From: Felis catus
Taxonomy: Eukaryota
Assembly (NCBI RefSeq): GCF_018350175.1
Contig: NC_058368.1
Location: 110,176,001-110,240,000 of the forward strand
Reading direction: 5' to 3'
Length of the DNA: 64,000 nt
In this document: positions 1-11,720 of the stretch, piece by piece
Layout of the letters: each line of letters begins with the position of its first letter
Position numbering within the stretch: position 1 is the stretch's first letter
Position numbers and translations under genes: made by a program
Notes under the pieces: generated by a model
Database searches by the model: none
Told to the model about the DNA's origin: nothing
The model's input: only the letters and a program-made list of their open reading frames with translations

Positions 1-363
1 GCTCCTTGGCGGGGAAGCCCCACTCGGTGAAAAACTGTCCTGACCCCTGTTCCCGGGGTAGGAAGGGAGTGCCTTGAGACTGAATGTGCGGGGAGGCCCT
101 TGGAGGGCTTACTGGTCCCTGGGTCTCCCCAGGACCGTAGCCCTCCTGGCATCCTGCCATCAGCAAGTTGCACAGGTGCTGTTCTGGACAGGAGGGGTCA
201 TTCTTCTGGGGACAGTGGATGTTTCCTAGAAAGAGCCTCAGCCACATAGAACAGGCTTTTGGAGATAACTTCCTGATTCCATTATGACTCCAGAGGCCTT
301 AGGAGGCGTTCCTCAGGGACTCTGTGTAACTTTGATTTCTGTGTCACATCTTGAGCAGATCAT

Positions 364-408
364 TCACATGCACGCACACGCACACACATACACACACGTG
401 CACACACA
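364..408. repeat. Imperfect (CA)n/(CACG) microsatellite
   Basis: cacatgcacgcacacgcacacacatacacacacgtgcacacaca. Confidence 0.7.
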
Positions 409-3400
409 GCAGACTAAAATTCTCAGTGGGTAGAAAGGAAGCCCAGCGGCTGTGAGTAAAGTCCAGGCCACAAATGTGGACAACAAGCTGATCCTCTGCC
501 TCCTGCCCACACTGCCTGAGATCCAGATATAGGCCTTTCCTACTCAGGCTGTCCACAATGGGTGGTCAATGAGACTTTGGGTTAGGACCCAAGAGTAGGA
601 AGCGTTCCTTTTTGCTTCCCTGGAAAGACTTGTCAATGCTCAAGGTACAAGCTCACCCCAAGTTTTGCTTTAAAAAATAAACAAAGACCTTGCATCACAA
701 GTTGACAAGCCACGTAAAGCCTGATATCTGCCTCCCTGTGGCTTTGGCCAGCATAGGAAACAAGGCCCAATTGTGTCCAAATTGAGACAGGAGAGGTTCT
801 AAAGTGGGATGTGCCTGTACCGTGCACACGCTGGCCTGCTCACAGAGGTGGGAGAATGCCCTAGACCCCGGTGAGCGTGCTCTTACCAACTCTGGCTCTG
901 CTGCTACCCTGGCGACTTCGTATTCTTGCCCTTCAGATCTCTGCACAGTGTGGGAACTCGCTGACAGGCCTCATGAAATATGACTGGGGAGATTCCATTC
1001 CACAGACCCTTAGCAAGGCTCCAGCTAAATGCACTGGGTGGAATTTACAACCTACAATTTTCTGTAACATTGTTCCCAGGGTATTTTCATTGTGGGGAGG
1101 AAGAGATGGAACAAAAAGAAAAAAAAAAAGAAAAAGGAAAAAACAAAAAAAGAAAGCCAAGAGAAGGAAATATAATTTCAAACTCATTCATGATTTATCT
1201 CTTCCCTCCCCATGGCTGCAGGGGATTCTAACTCTGCAAGATAGCCTGGCTGTGCCCATGCCACATGCCATGGAGATGCAAACAGTTTGGGCAACCTTAA
1301 CCCTTCCTTTGCTGGTTGCGTCCAGCCCTCACAAATGGCTGCTACCTGCCTGGCATCTGGCGGATCTCAGCAACTGGGCAGGACATCACTGGCCTCCTGG
1401 GGCACGCAGGTGGGTACACCCGGCTCACAGAAAGACACCCCCTGATCCTCCACACAAACAAGATTCTCTGGAGCCAAAATGGAACGGATCATGTTTGAAA
1501 TCTGTGTTCTTTCCACTTCTGCAGGGCTCTCCTTTATCCAATGCCTTCCCTTTGAAATGCTGTAAAGCCCTGAAGGGAGGCGAGTGAGCAGTGAGAAGGA
1601 GCCTTTCAGAAAGGTCAGTTTCCCCGTTGGTAAGCCCAGGCAGCAGGGCCAATCAGCCCTCCGCAGCCGCCCGCACCGATTGCACCTATGGGCTCCATCT
1701 ACAAAGGAATCATCAGCATCCCAAGCCTGCAATGCCCCACACGGTTCATAAAAGCCCTTCCTGATACATTTCCCCATTCAATCCACCTCTCGCCATGTAA
1801 TCAAGGATTTTTAACTTCCTGAAGAAAAGGGGACACAGCAACCTTGGAAGGAGTGGATGAGGCCATTAATCAATGGTCTCCTCATGAGTGTGAGAAAAAG
1901 CCAATTGGTACAGCTGAGCATCAGATTCCAATTAGCGCACGAGACAGGCAGAAGGGGTTAATGCCGATGTCGCCGAGCCAAAGAAACACTGGGGAAATTC
2001 ATTCCCACAGTCTGGCCTTCGACAAGCATCCATCTATCTATACGTTCGGCTCAGCTTTCCCTTCCCATGCTGCACAGTGAACAGTCATTGTTTAAAAATG
2101 TCACGATAATAATCAGCTTTTGCGGCAAAGATATGAAAAATGTATTGCAAGATCAAAAGGATGATATTGTCTTCCAGCAGATTACACATTCCGCCCACAG
2201 AAAGGGCTAATCTGATGTCCTCAGAGAGGAAATAGGTAAACATTTTCAACATTATCGCCATCTGTGTTTCATTTCTTTGGGCCTGCTCAAGAAAACAGTT
2301 ATTTATGTATAAATAAAAAAGAATGATTTTTGTCCTTAAGAAAATAGTAATCGAGGCCTTGAAATATCTGCCCAGGGTTTTACAGTGCCAGCTGGTACCC
2401 AGGGGAGGAAACACACGCCACCACCCTACCCTGAGGTAGACACAGCCACACTCATCCCATTTCTGTTCCATCTCCACACCAGCTGGGAGTTAGTTTGGGA
2501 ACTGGCCAAGGCAGTGTCCCACCTGACGTGTTTCACGAGGGGAGAAGGGCTCTCCTTGATGGGAACTCCAGAGAGGCACCCTGAGGTCAGGGTCTCAGCC
2601 CCTCCACACTGGCATGACATTTGTCCCTAAGTCTACACCCCAGCTATAAAATAGGGATGACTAGGCCTCAGAGATGTACCCCCAAAAGGATAGGCAACTG
2701 TTAGCCAGTGAGTGTCTTCACAGACTGGAGGGGCTGATGTGACTGTTGTTATCAGTAGGAGGAGTATTATTACACATGAAGAGAAGGCTGGCCACTGAGA
2801 AGTCCAATGCTTCGAAATTCCAACTTTTTAGATGATTACAGCAAATGTTTCCTGAACGCCCTGCTATGTGCTTAGGCCTTGGCCAGCTCTCTGGGAAGGA
2901 GACACTGGCACGGAGCTCCAGACCATCAGAGGGTGGAGGACAGGTTCCCACACTGCCACATTCTAGAAGAGGTGAGAGAGTCACAAGAGAAATTAGGCAT
3001 CCCAGCCTCTGCTGCCTGCAGACTGGGCTGATGCTGGTAGACAGTTCAGATCTCTGCCTTCTTCAGAATGGGTGCACTGTCATCTCCTCCTTCTCGAAGG
3101 ACCCCAACCACCTCTGAGGGGGTGGTACGGGGGCTGAACCCTCCAGGGGACCTTTCAGCCATCAGACTTCCAGAAACTGATGAGATTTTGCTGTTTTCTC
3201 CTGTTTCCTCAGCCTGACAGGTACCAAGGGCATGCAAGTTTATTGTGAAGCCAAAAACAAAGAGCAATGCAAACCCACAAACTGTTCTGGAGGCTTTCCC
3301 ACAGCCCTGGATCCAGGGAAGGGGTGGGAACAGGGGCCACCTATCAGTAACCACACCCCCCACCCCCGCCAAGAGCTGGCAGGTGCAATTAATACCAGAG

Positions 3401-3466
3401 GGAGAGTCACTCAATACTTGGGGCAACGAAACGTGATTAGGATTAGACCCTTAAATTCTGGATTTT

Positions 3467-3663
3467 GTTTTATTATTTTAAATATTTATTTACCTTTGAG
3501 AGAGAGAGAAAGAAAGAGGCAGAGAGTGTGAGGGAGAGAGAATCCCTAACAGGCTCTGCACCATCAGCGGAGAGCCTGATGTGAGGCTCGAACTCACATG
3601 AGATCATGACCTGAGCTGAAATCAAGAGTCAGACACTTAAATAAGACACCACCCAGGCGCCCC
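3467..3663 (-). mobile_element. Can-SINE (older SINEC_Fc-like)
   Basis: Reverse-complement head ...acccaggcgcccc, (GA)n tract and T-rich tail; diverged TSD taaattctggatttt / taagttctagatttt. Confidence 0.9.
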
Positions 3664-3727
3664 TAAGTTCTAGATTTTAAAGAAACAATTATCTAGATGT
3701 TCAAGAATAAATTTTAAATTGTTATTT

Positions 3728-3944
3728 AAAAAAATTTTTTTTTCAACGTTTATTTATTTATTTGGGACAGAGAGAGACAGAGCATGAACGGGGGAGGGGC
3801 AGAGAGGGAGACACAGAATCGGAAACAGGCTCCAGGCTCTGAGCCATCAGCCCAGAGCCTGACGCGGGGCTCGAACTCACGGACCGCGAGATCGTGACCT
3901 GGCTGAAGTCGGACGCTCAACCGACTGCGCCACCCAGGCGCCCC
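3728..3944 (-). mobile_element. Young feline Can-SINE (SINEC_Fc)
   Basis: Full-length, CpG-rich copy; perfect 13-bp TSD taaattgttattt at 3715-3727 and 3945-3957. Confidence 0.97.
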
Positions 3945-4819
3945 TAAATTGTTATTTTAAAAACACTGGTTTGCTCTCAGAAATCTGCTGTAAACTTGAG
4001 TAAATCCAATCAATAGATATTGTCTAATATCTGCTTGAGGGGACCGTAGAGAATTAAAGACCAAACGGCCCTTGGCCTCAAGCAGCGTGTAGTCTGATGC
4101 GATGGGTCACATAGGACAGGAAAGAGATGGGTGGGTTCCTGGTGCCCGAGGCTGCCTATCCGACAGAGGAGGCCACAGTGAGGCCATGAGTGGGCCATGC
4201 TCAGGTGAAGGCCGGCTTAGGCTTGTTGACATGAAATACTTTGGTTTTTATTTCTTGTTGTAGCCCCTATGTGCTCTTCATTTGACAATGAAGTATGTTT
4301 CTGGGTGACCATGTCCTCTTTCCTTTGTCTGGGACCCATGTGACACTCTCCCGTTCCCCGGCACGGATACGTGAGCCTCTGTGCCACACTGTTCTTTCCT
4401 ACAAGGGCAGCAACAAAGCTGTGTGGGGCTGACAGTGCCACCTGCTGGGGAGATGGGTCTGCCCTCTGTCCTCCCTGGAGGCAATGCCCCCTGCTCCTTG
4501 GGAGACCGGACTCCTCCTCGGTCTCAATTCCTGGACTCTTCTGTTGCCACTCAGTTTCACCTCACTGTTGTTCCTCACACGAACACACATTTCATCTCTT
4601 TCCATTCTGTCTGTGAGCTCCAGGGTGCGTTCCTACAGGAGGCTAATAGTAGTTGTAGGCCCATCTCATTTCAAAATGAAGGAACAGGACATACTGATAG
4701 TGAAGCTGGGAAAAACAGATACCCACTGGGGCCCAACACAACCTGAAGGACCCTGAACATATCTGGTAGTTTCTCTGGGAACTTCTCAAAGGTGTTATGC
4801 ACTGGGTCAGGGCAGGCCC

Positions 4820-4910
4820 TCGGCTCTAGTCAAATGGCTGGCTGTGTGACCTGAGGCCAAACACTGCACCTCTCTGAACCTAAGCTTCTTCATTTGACAA
4901 ATATGGGCTT
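4820..4910 (+). mobile_element. MIR fragment
   Basis: ggctgtgtgacctgagg...cctctctgaacctaagcttcttcatttgacaaatatggg resembles the MIR core. Confidence 0.6.
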
Positions 4911-5933
4911 GAAGCCAACTAGAGCTCAAATTCTTTGCAATCTTGCATGCTATGAGGTTAGCTTCTCACCTTCCTTCAGATTACACTGACCAAGAGGGGG
5001 GAAAAACCCTAATTTCCTCTTTAATGTTACTGTTTTATTTATAATCCTGAGTTTCCAGATATTAACCACATATGCAGAGTAATTTTAACTGCATTAAGGG
5101 TTAAATAAAGCTTTGGAGACTCATTTAGAAATCAACCCACATTCCAGGGTATATGCCTGTGGGGGGGAAAAATGCATTTTCTTTTCCAAAGTCCAAACAA
5201 CGGCGTGAAGGCAGACGACAGACTGTCGGGAACAAAACCCTCTTGTGAATTGCGGACTGCTTGCACAAATCACTTACTCAAATTCCATCTGTCGACACTG
5301 CTCTGCTATTAAAATTTCCAATCTAAAGGGAAAATGCCATAACTAGTGTGGGTTTCAATCCCGTGTCTCAATATTGGGACCTGCCATCCATCCTCCTCTG
5401 TCATAACAGACTGATTGCCTCCAGAAGTGGTTCTTCAGGAACAACGAGGTGATTCTCACATTCTCAGCAGTTTGGGCTCTTGCAAGGGACTTAATTCAAT
5501 TCCTAAGTAGTTTATTGGGGCATTTACACATTTCCTTGTTCCCTATCCCAACTCCACAGTGTAATCACCCGGTTTTAGCTCAGCAAAGTCTGTGGCTGCA
5601 AATCTGTACTTGAAACATCTTGGGATAAATGCAGATTTGATGTTTTTCCCCCATACCAAAAGTATTCCAAATTTCTAGGAAAATTCTATTGCAGTTACAG
5701 ACCATGGAGCCTGCTGGAGCCTGAGCAGACAAGTCTGGGGGTTTGCATATTTCACACCAGTGCCCTTGGAGAAGGGTTTGGTGCTCAGTGCTATTTGTTA
5801 TTAAGCTATTCTTATCTAAGCATTTTATATGATTTAGATAACTTACTATGCCATCTGATCAGCCTGGGTAATAAATCTCATGAATTTCCTTCATTTGAGA
5901 TCTCCACCACCCCCAACACATTTAAAAAGGTCA

Positions 5934-6147
5934 GGGATACCTGGGTGGCTCAGTCGGTTAAGCATCTGACTCTTAATTTCAGCTGAGGTCATGATCTCAT
6001 GGTTCGTGAGATCGAGTCCCACATTGGGTTCTGCACTGACAGCACAGAGCCTGGTTGGGATTCTCTCTCTCTTTCTCTCTCTCTTCTCCTCCTCTCTTGC
6101 ATGCATGTTCTCTCCTTCCGTCTCAAAATAAACAAAGTTAAAAAAAA
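5934..6147 (+). mobile_element. Can-SINE
   Basis: gggatacctgggtggctcagtcggttaagc head, (CT)n tract, poly-A; TSD aaaaaggtca / aaaaagatca. Confidence 0.93.
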
Positions 6148-6759
6148 AAAAAGATCAAAAGACCCAGGATGCTCAAATAAGAAAAGAAGCACACATTCCC
6201 ATAACCATACTTCAGACGCCTCCAGCGCTCAGCCGCCATGAGACAAGTTGCTCCAGGCCCACGCGGGCTCGGAGGCAGAGCCCGCCAAGCACATAAGCCC
6301 CTCTGGCAGCCACAGTGTGAGAAGTACGATGTACTTCACAGTGACGGCGATGTCAGGCAACAAGTGGGCCATCTACTTTCACAAACCATCTGGCCTCATT
6401 CTGAGTCATTCAGAGACGTCATCCACGTAGGGGTCGTGGGCACGGGGAAACACAGACGTAGCTCCTCACAGCCCGCCGCATCCTCAGCGGGGGCTGAGAG
6501 CCAGTGACATGTGCTTCCACGACATGCTCTCCCATCCCTGGGGCTCTGATGGCAGACGGAACCTCAGAGAGAAAGCTGGCCAGGTGAGGGGCTCGCGGCG
6601 TGCTCACAAGCCTGGGACCTCGGCACTCTCTTCTCTCCATCACCCTGGAGGCTCCCTAGGGAGCAGTGCCTAGCTCTGTATCTCGTTGATGCCAGGACTC
6701 TCTTGCTCTCTCTCACTCATTCCAACAGGTAGAAAACACCTTCCTTATCTTCCAGCCTA

Positions 6760-7220
6760 TTAACACTCCACGCTGTGGCTCAGAATTCCATTCACCTCCG
6801 TGGGCTCAGTGTGGCACAGATGAGGATGTGACAGTTGACTGTGCAACTTCCATTTCCCCCACAAAAGACAAAAGACACTCCCCAAATCCATTCCCATGCC
6901 AGTGATTAGTTTGGAAAAGGGCACACATCCCACCCTGGCCAATGAATGTGAGGGGCAGTCTTCCGGGCACTGAAGAAAGAGGAAGAAGAGGGAGTCTTTT
7001 CTTTCCCTGGATGTTGTTTTGTTCACAGGGGACTCCTGCAGAGGGCCAGATGCAGGGCACAGCCAGCCTGCAGGGGATGGCAAGGTGAGGAGCCTGGGCC
7101 TTGATGACATCATTGATGGTTTGTAGCCTGGGGTTTGGAGCCCTAGGACTTCACAGGGAGTAGGAAAATAACTTGCCGTACTGTTGGAGCTAGTCTGAGT
7201 AGAGACTTCTGTAACCTGAG
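6760..7220. mobile_element. Ancient ERVL/MaLR-type LTR remnant (family uncertain)
   Basis: Motifs gccagtgattagtttggaaaagggcac and ctggccaatgaatgtgagggg are typical of old MLT1/LTR16/LTR33-class LTRs. Confidence 0.4.
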
Positions 7221-7512
7221 ACAATGGATGAACTGTCCCTGGGCAAAGCCCTGGGGTCTCAGAGATGGGAGACATGTTCCAGTGACCCTTTGCTCACCTG
7301 GAGCTCACAAGCAAACAGGGTATGGCCTTGACTTGCGTCGAAAGCCTGGCTGAGGACCACCGTGTGAGGTCTGTTTTAGGCCTCAGGAATTAAACCATCT
7401 TTCCTATGCATGGGGCACCTGTAAGGAATCACAACAGCCAGCGGCCATTCCAGCATCCTTAGCCACAACGTGCTAGGCCTTCTGGTTGACTCTCCACCAT
7501 GTGAACATCTGG

Positions 7513-7886
7513 TGACAAAGACATGACCCAATTTTGGTCAGTCTCCTTTGAGCCCTCTTCTCCACTAGGCTCTGTCCTTGTGCTAAGCAAAGAATCCTAC
7601 TAAGCAGACTTGGCCAGAATCTCCCCACTCCCATTATTCTCTCAAGCTTCTCTTCCCACCCCCAACATTTAATCAAACTCCTCTTTTTCCATACCCTTGA
7701 CATGCAACCAGATTCCCCTCAGTAATCTTCCACCCCCTCCATCACTCTGCCTGCTGGCTATAAATCAGTCCCTACTCATCCCTCCTGGTTTATAGTTGAG
7801 CTCAATCTCTCTCTCCTATTGCAATAGTCTTAAATAAAATCTTCCTTCCATTATTTAAGAAGTGTTAGAATAATTTCTCCTTAATG
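7513..7886 (+). mobile_element. Solo LTR, MER31-like (ERV1)
   Basis: Starts tgacaaagac...gagccctcttctccactaggc; TATA-like gctataaatc; agttgagctcaatctctctctcctattgcaatagtcttaaataaaatcttcctt 3' end with AATAAA. Confidence 0.75.
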
Positions 7887-8089
7887 CTGGCCATTCATTG
7901 CCCCTCAGCATCCATGCTCTGTTTTTCTTTCTGATGGCCTAGGCCCAGGTAGCAATGCTCGGGAAAAGGTCTGTTACCCAAAGCGTCCCCTCTTTTCTCA
8001 CCTCATCTTGGCTCCTCAACCTCTTGGTACAGAATCATTATATCAATACGGGATAGAGCTTTCCACCACAAGGAGGATTAAGGTTTATT

Positions 8090-8301
8090 TTTATTTTTTT
8101 TTAAGTTCATTATTTGTTTTAAGAGAGAAAGATCAGGGGCAGGGGCAGGGCCAAGAGAAAAGGAGAGAGAGAGAATCTCAAGAATGCTCTGTGCTGTGAG
8201 CGTGGATCCTGATACGGGGCTCAACCTCATGAACTGCGAGACTGTAACCTGAGCCAAAACCAAGAGTGGGACACTTAAGTGACTGAGCCACCCAGACACC
8301 C
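8090..8301 (-). mobile_element. Can-SINE (older)
   Basis: Reverse SINE body ending gactgagccacccagacacccc; flanking repeat ggaggattaaggttta / ggagaattaaggttta. Confidence 0.92.
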
Positions 8302-9058
8302 CTGGGAGAATTAAGGTTTAAAGTGAAAATATCCCATCTCAAGGAGTTTGACTCTAATATACAGTGAGGTGTAAATGGTGGATGCCCTCTCCTGACAGTA
8401 GATGATGGCAGAGAGGACAAATACAAATGAATGTGCACATGACTAAATTTATAAATCAAGGTGTTGAGCACCTGAAGGCAGGTAAAAGGATAGAAGGGAC
8501 CAGAAAAGACAGGCAGGGGCAGGCAGGCAAGTGAGGACTGACTTCACCTGCCTCACCCACTTGCTTCAGCAGGGCAGCCCTGAGCCTTCGTGTGCCCCAG
8601 ATTCCACCAGGTTTGCATCGGTTCATTGTTCTGAATTCAGATCCCCTCTCTTCCCAACAAGACAGTCACCATCCCTGCAGTATGTGTTCACTGACACATC
8701 ACAGCTGCCCCTTGTCTCCAAGGCCTCCCGCATGTCCTCCCTGGAAACTGTGCTCTGGACACATGTGGCACAGTTGAATCGGGGCTGCTGAAGCGCCACC
8801 CCTCCTGCCTCCATGCAAAATACCCACAGCACAGAACCTGCCTCTGCTGTGAGCACGCATCGATCACACTAGGGACAAGGCCCCCAAAGAGCCCAGGTGA
8901 CTGACTTCAAGGCAGCTACATTTCTCCAACGGCAAAGCCATTCTTCTTGGCTGACTCTGTTTGCAGGTTTTTCTGGTTAAATAATGAGACAGTCCCAACT
9001 CCACCACCAAATACCCTAAACAAAACTATAATCCAGAATTCAAAAGTTCAAGTTTTTC

Positions 9059-9272
9059 GGGATGCCTGGGTGGTTCAGCCGGTTAAGCGTCCGACTTCAG
9101 CTCAGTTCATGATCTTGTGGTTTGTGAGTTCGAGCCCCACATTGGGCTCTGTGCTGACAGCTCAGAGTCTGGAGTCTGATTCGGATTCTGTGTCTCCTTC
9201 TGTCTCTGCACCTCCCCCACTCATGTTCTGTCTGTCTGTCTCTCAAAAATAATAAACATTAAAAAAAATTTA
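9059..9272 (+). mobile_element. Can-SINE (SINEC_Fc)
   Basis: gggatgcctgggtggttcagccggttaagcgtccgac head, A-rich tail; diverged TSD ttcaagtttttc / ttcaagttgttc. Confidence 0.95.
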
Positions 9273-9899
9273 AATTTTCAAGTTGTTCAAAGGAGTTTGC
9301 TTTTTCACAGAAGAAAGACATTGACCAGTTTCACAACAAAGCTTTACCAGAGGGACTAGCCTGTAGGGGCAAGTGCATCTGACTGCTGTCTGCAGCTCCA
9401 GGGACGCTCCCTGCCCTGCTCTAGCCAGCAGCCCCCACACTTCCACAGTGGAGTATCAGCCATGCATGCATCAGCTGTGAAAAAGGAAGAGAAGTTTCTG
9501 TGTAGGAAGGCAGGGGATGGTGACTTTGTGGCCAGGAGCCAGGGAAAAGGTGAATCTGACTGCCAAATGCGATGGGAGAATTCTCAAAGGTTATGTGAAG
9601 GAGGAGGCCATTTTCTTACATTTTATGATTTTTCTACAAAATGTAGCTGAGTGAACTAGTAATTTAAATTGAACCTTTCTATGACCTGCCTTAATTTGGA
9701 TAGTCTGGGAACTAAAACATACTTCTAGGCCTTTCCCCTCCCTCAGGAGAAATGATAATTTGCCCAGAGGGCACTATGACTTCTCACTGCTAGTCCCTGA
9801 AAGGAGCCACCAGCTCAGGTGCTGAGCTCTCCTGGCTTCTGCCCATGCCACGCTGGTTAGCTCATTGGCCTGTCACTACCTCCAGCAGAAGCGTCCACA

Positions 9900-10170
9900 C
9901 CACTTCTTCCCTTCAAAGTCTTGCTCAAGTTCTGACTGCCTCTTAAAGCCCTACCTACCTGGCTCAGCCCACAACTGTCTCCTCTGAGCTTCCTGAGGCC
10001 ATACAACTGTTCCACACAAACGTGGAAGGCACCCTGTGCTGTTCTGTATTACTCACTGTTACTTCCTGTTTCTCCCCCCCAAACAGAGAGTGAGCTTTCT
10101 GAGGGTAGGCCCCATGCCCCTTGTCTGGTGAAGCCCCCAGCAGGGTGCTGAGCCCACAGTGGGGGACTTA
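9900..10170 (+). mobile_element. L2 3' remnant
   Basis: cccttcaaagtcttgctcaag...gagtgagctttctgagggtaggccccatg is L2-like. Confidence 0.45.
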
Positions 10171-10756
10171 GAGGAAAGGCAGACTAGCAAGGACAGAGAG
10201 CCTTACTGCCCAGGTGCATGTGACATAGAACCAGTCCTCCCTCCTCTGGGAAGGAGTGGGGAAATCATATCCACTGGCCCAGCCCTCTCAGGGGAACACG
10301 GGGTGGCCCAGCTGTTTTGCAGACAGTGCCCTCTGCCACTCAAGGGGCATGCTATTTCCAGTCGGGCCTCAGCACGGGTTCTGAGAAACAAGCCGAACAG
10401 GGTGAACTAACGGACAACGCCGTCCGCTGAAGGTGGGAACAAAAGAGCATTGATGATGAGTCTGACAGAGCTGCAGGCAGACAAGCAGGACTTAAATAGA
10501 TTCTAACTGGGATACTGTACTTCCAAGTAATTAATATCGATGGTGAAAACAGAAGGTAGTTTTGAGGATGTGGGGGGCAGGATGTGTCTCTGTAGAGGCA
10601 GGAGAAGTGTCTCAGAGAGAAGGGGAGAAGGCTGCTGACCTCACTGGATGGGTCTCCAACAGGCCTGGGCTGGGGCCCGGAGAGGACAGAGGATGTACGG
10701 GATTCAAGCTTGTGTCATTTGAGATTCTTCTCCAACTACCACTGGAATCTCTCAGG

Positions 10757-10930
10757 CAATGAGTCTAAACCTTCCCTTGCAGAAGAATCTCCAGGGATGC
10801 TAGTTTAAAATACCCATCCTGGATCCCATCCCAGAGATTCTGATTCAGCAGGACTGGGCTGGGGCCCCAGAAGCTGATTTTCAAGGAATGCTCCCGGTAC
10901 TTCTGGTGAAGGTGGTCTGTGTTCCAGATC
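10757..10930. mobile_element. MER5A-like hAT-Charlie DNA transposon fossil
   Basis: ccagagattctgattcagcaggactgggctggggccccagaagctgattttcaag resembles the MER5A core. Confidence 0.7.
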
Positions 10931-11454
10931 TGACAGCCATGTGAGCCCTGAGAACAGAACTCCTGGCTACACCCTCCTCTATTTTTTTTAATGCATCATC
11001 AAGGAAAACTTGAAATAGCAGGATGTCTCTGTGTTTCAGCATCTTCCTATGGGGACACCAAAGGGGGTGGCTGGCTTTTCAAGAGACCAGACTTCCACCC
11101 CTACAGCCACCAGGCTCTGGCACCTAAGGGCGAGGCTGAGCTGGGGTTTACAGCTGTTCTGGCAGAGGAGCAGGACAAAGTCTCATTAGTGGACCTCACT
11201 CGGTTCTGAGAGGAAGGAAACAGGACACAGCCTCTGTCATCCAACGGCTCACCCACTCTGAACAAGTTGCTCACCACGTTCCACTTCCCACATAGGAAAG
11301 GCTGGTGCAGGGTGGAGAAGAGAACCCCCAAGTGAGTCACTCAATCTGTGTCTCTTATCCGGGGCTGGGGTGGGGGGGTAGTTCCTGATTTGGGGCAGAG
11401 TTCACGTGGATGGATTGCTTGGGACAAGAGGATTTACCAGTCTTCAGGGCTACT

Positions 11455-11720
11455 CATTCATTCACCGGCCATCCATCCACTCCTCTATGCAACAGGTGCT
11501 AAATTCTCTTGGAGGGAGAGATCTTTCGCCACCTGCCAGGAGCATAAAATGAACAAGGCGAGGCCCTTCCCCTCTCAGTTGCTCACAATCAGGTGAGGGC
11601 AAGAGAGAGACAATGAACACCGCACAACATACATGTGAGAGAAGCCTAGGTCTAGGGAACACCAAGGTGGAAATACCCAACTCTTTCCACTATGATAGGG
11701 AAGGTTTCACAAGGCAAGGG
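11455..11720 (-). mobile_element. L2 remnant
   Basis: tcattcattca...tgccaggagcataaaatgaacaaggcgaggcccttccc...gctcacaatc is the reverse of an L2 3' end. Confidence 0.5.

Noticed and set aside
871..1587. 238-aa plus-strand ORF with a lysine-rich stretch
   Set aside because: GTG start; the K/R run is just an A-rich tract; no recognisable domain
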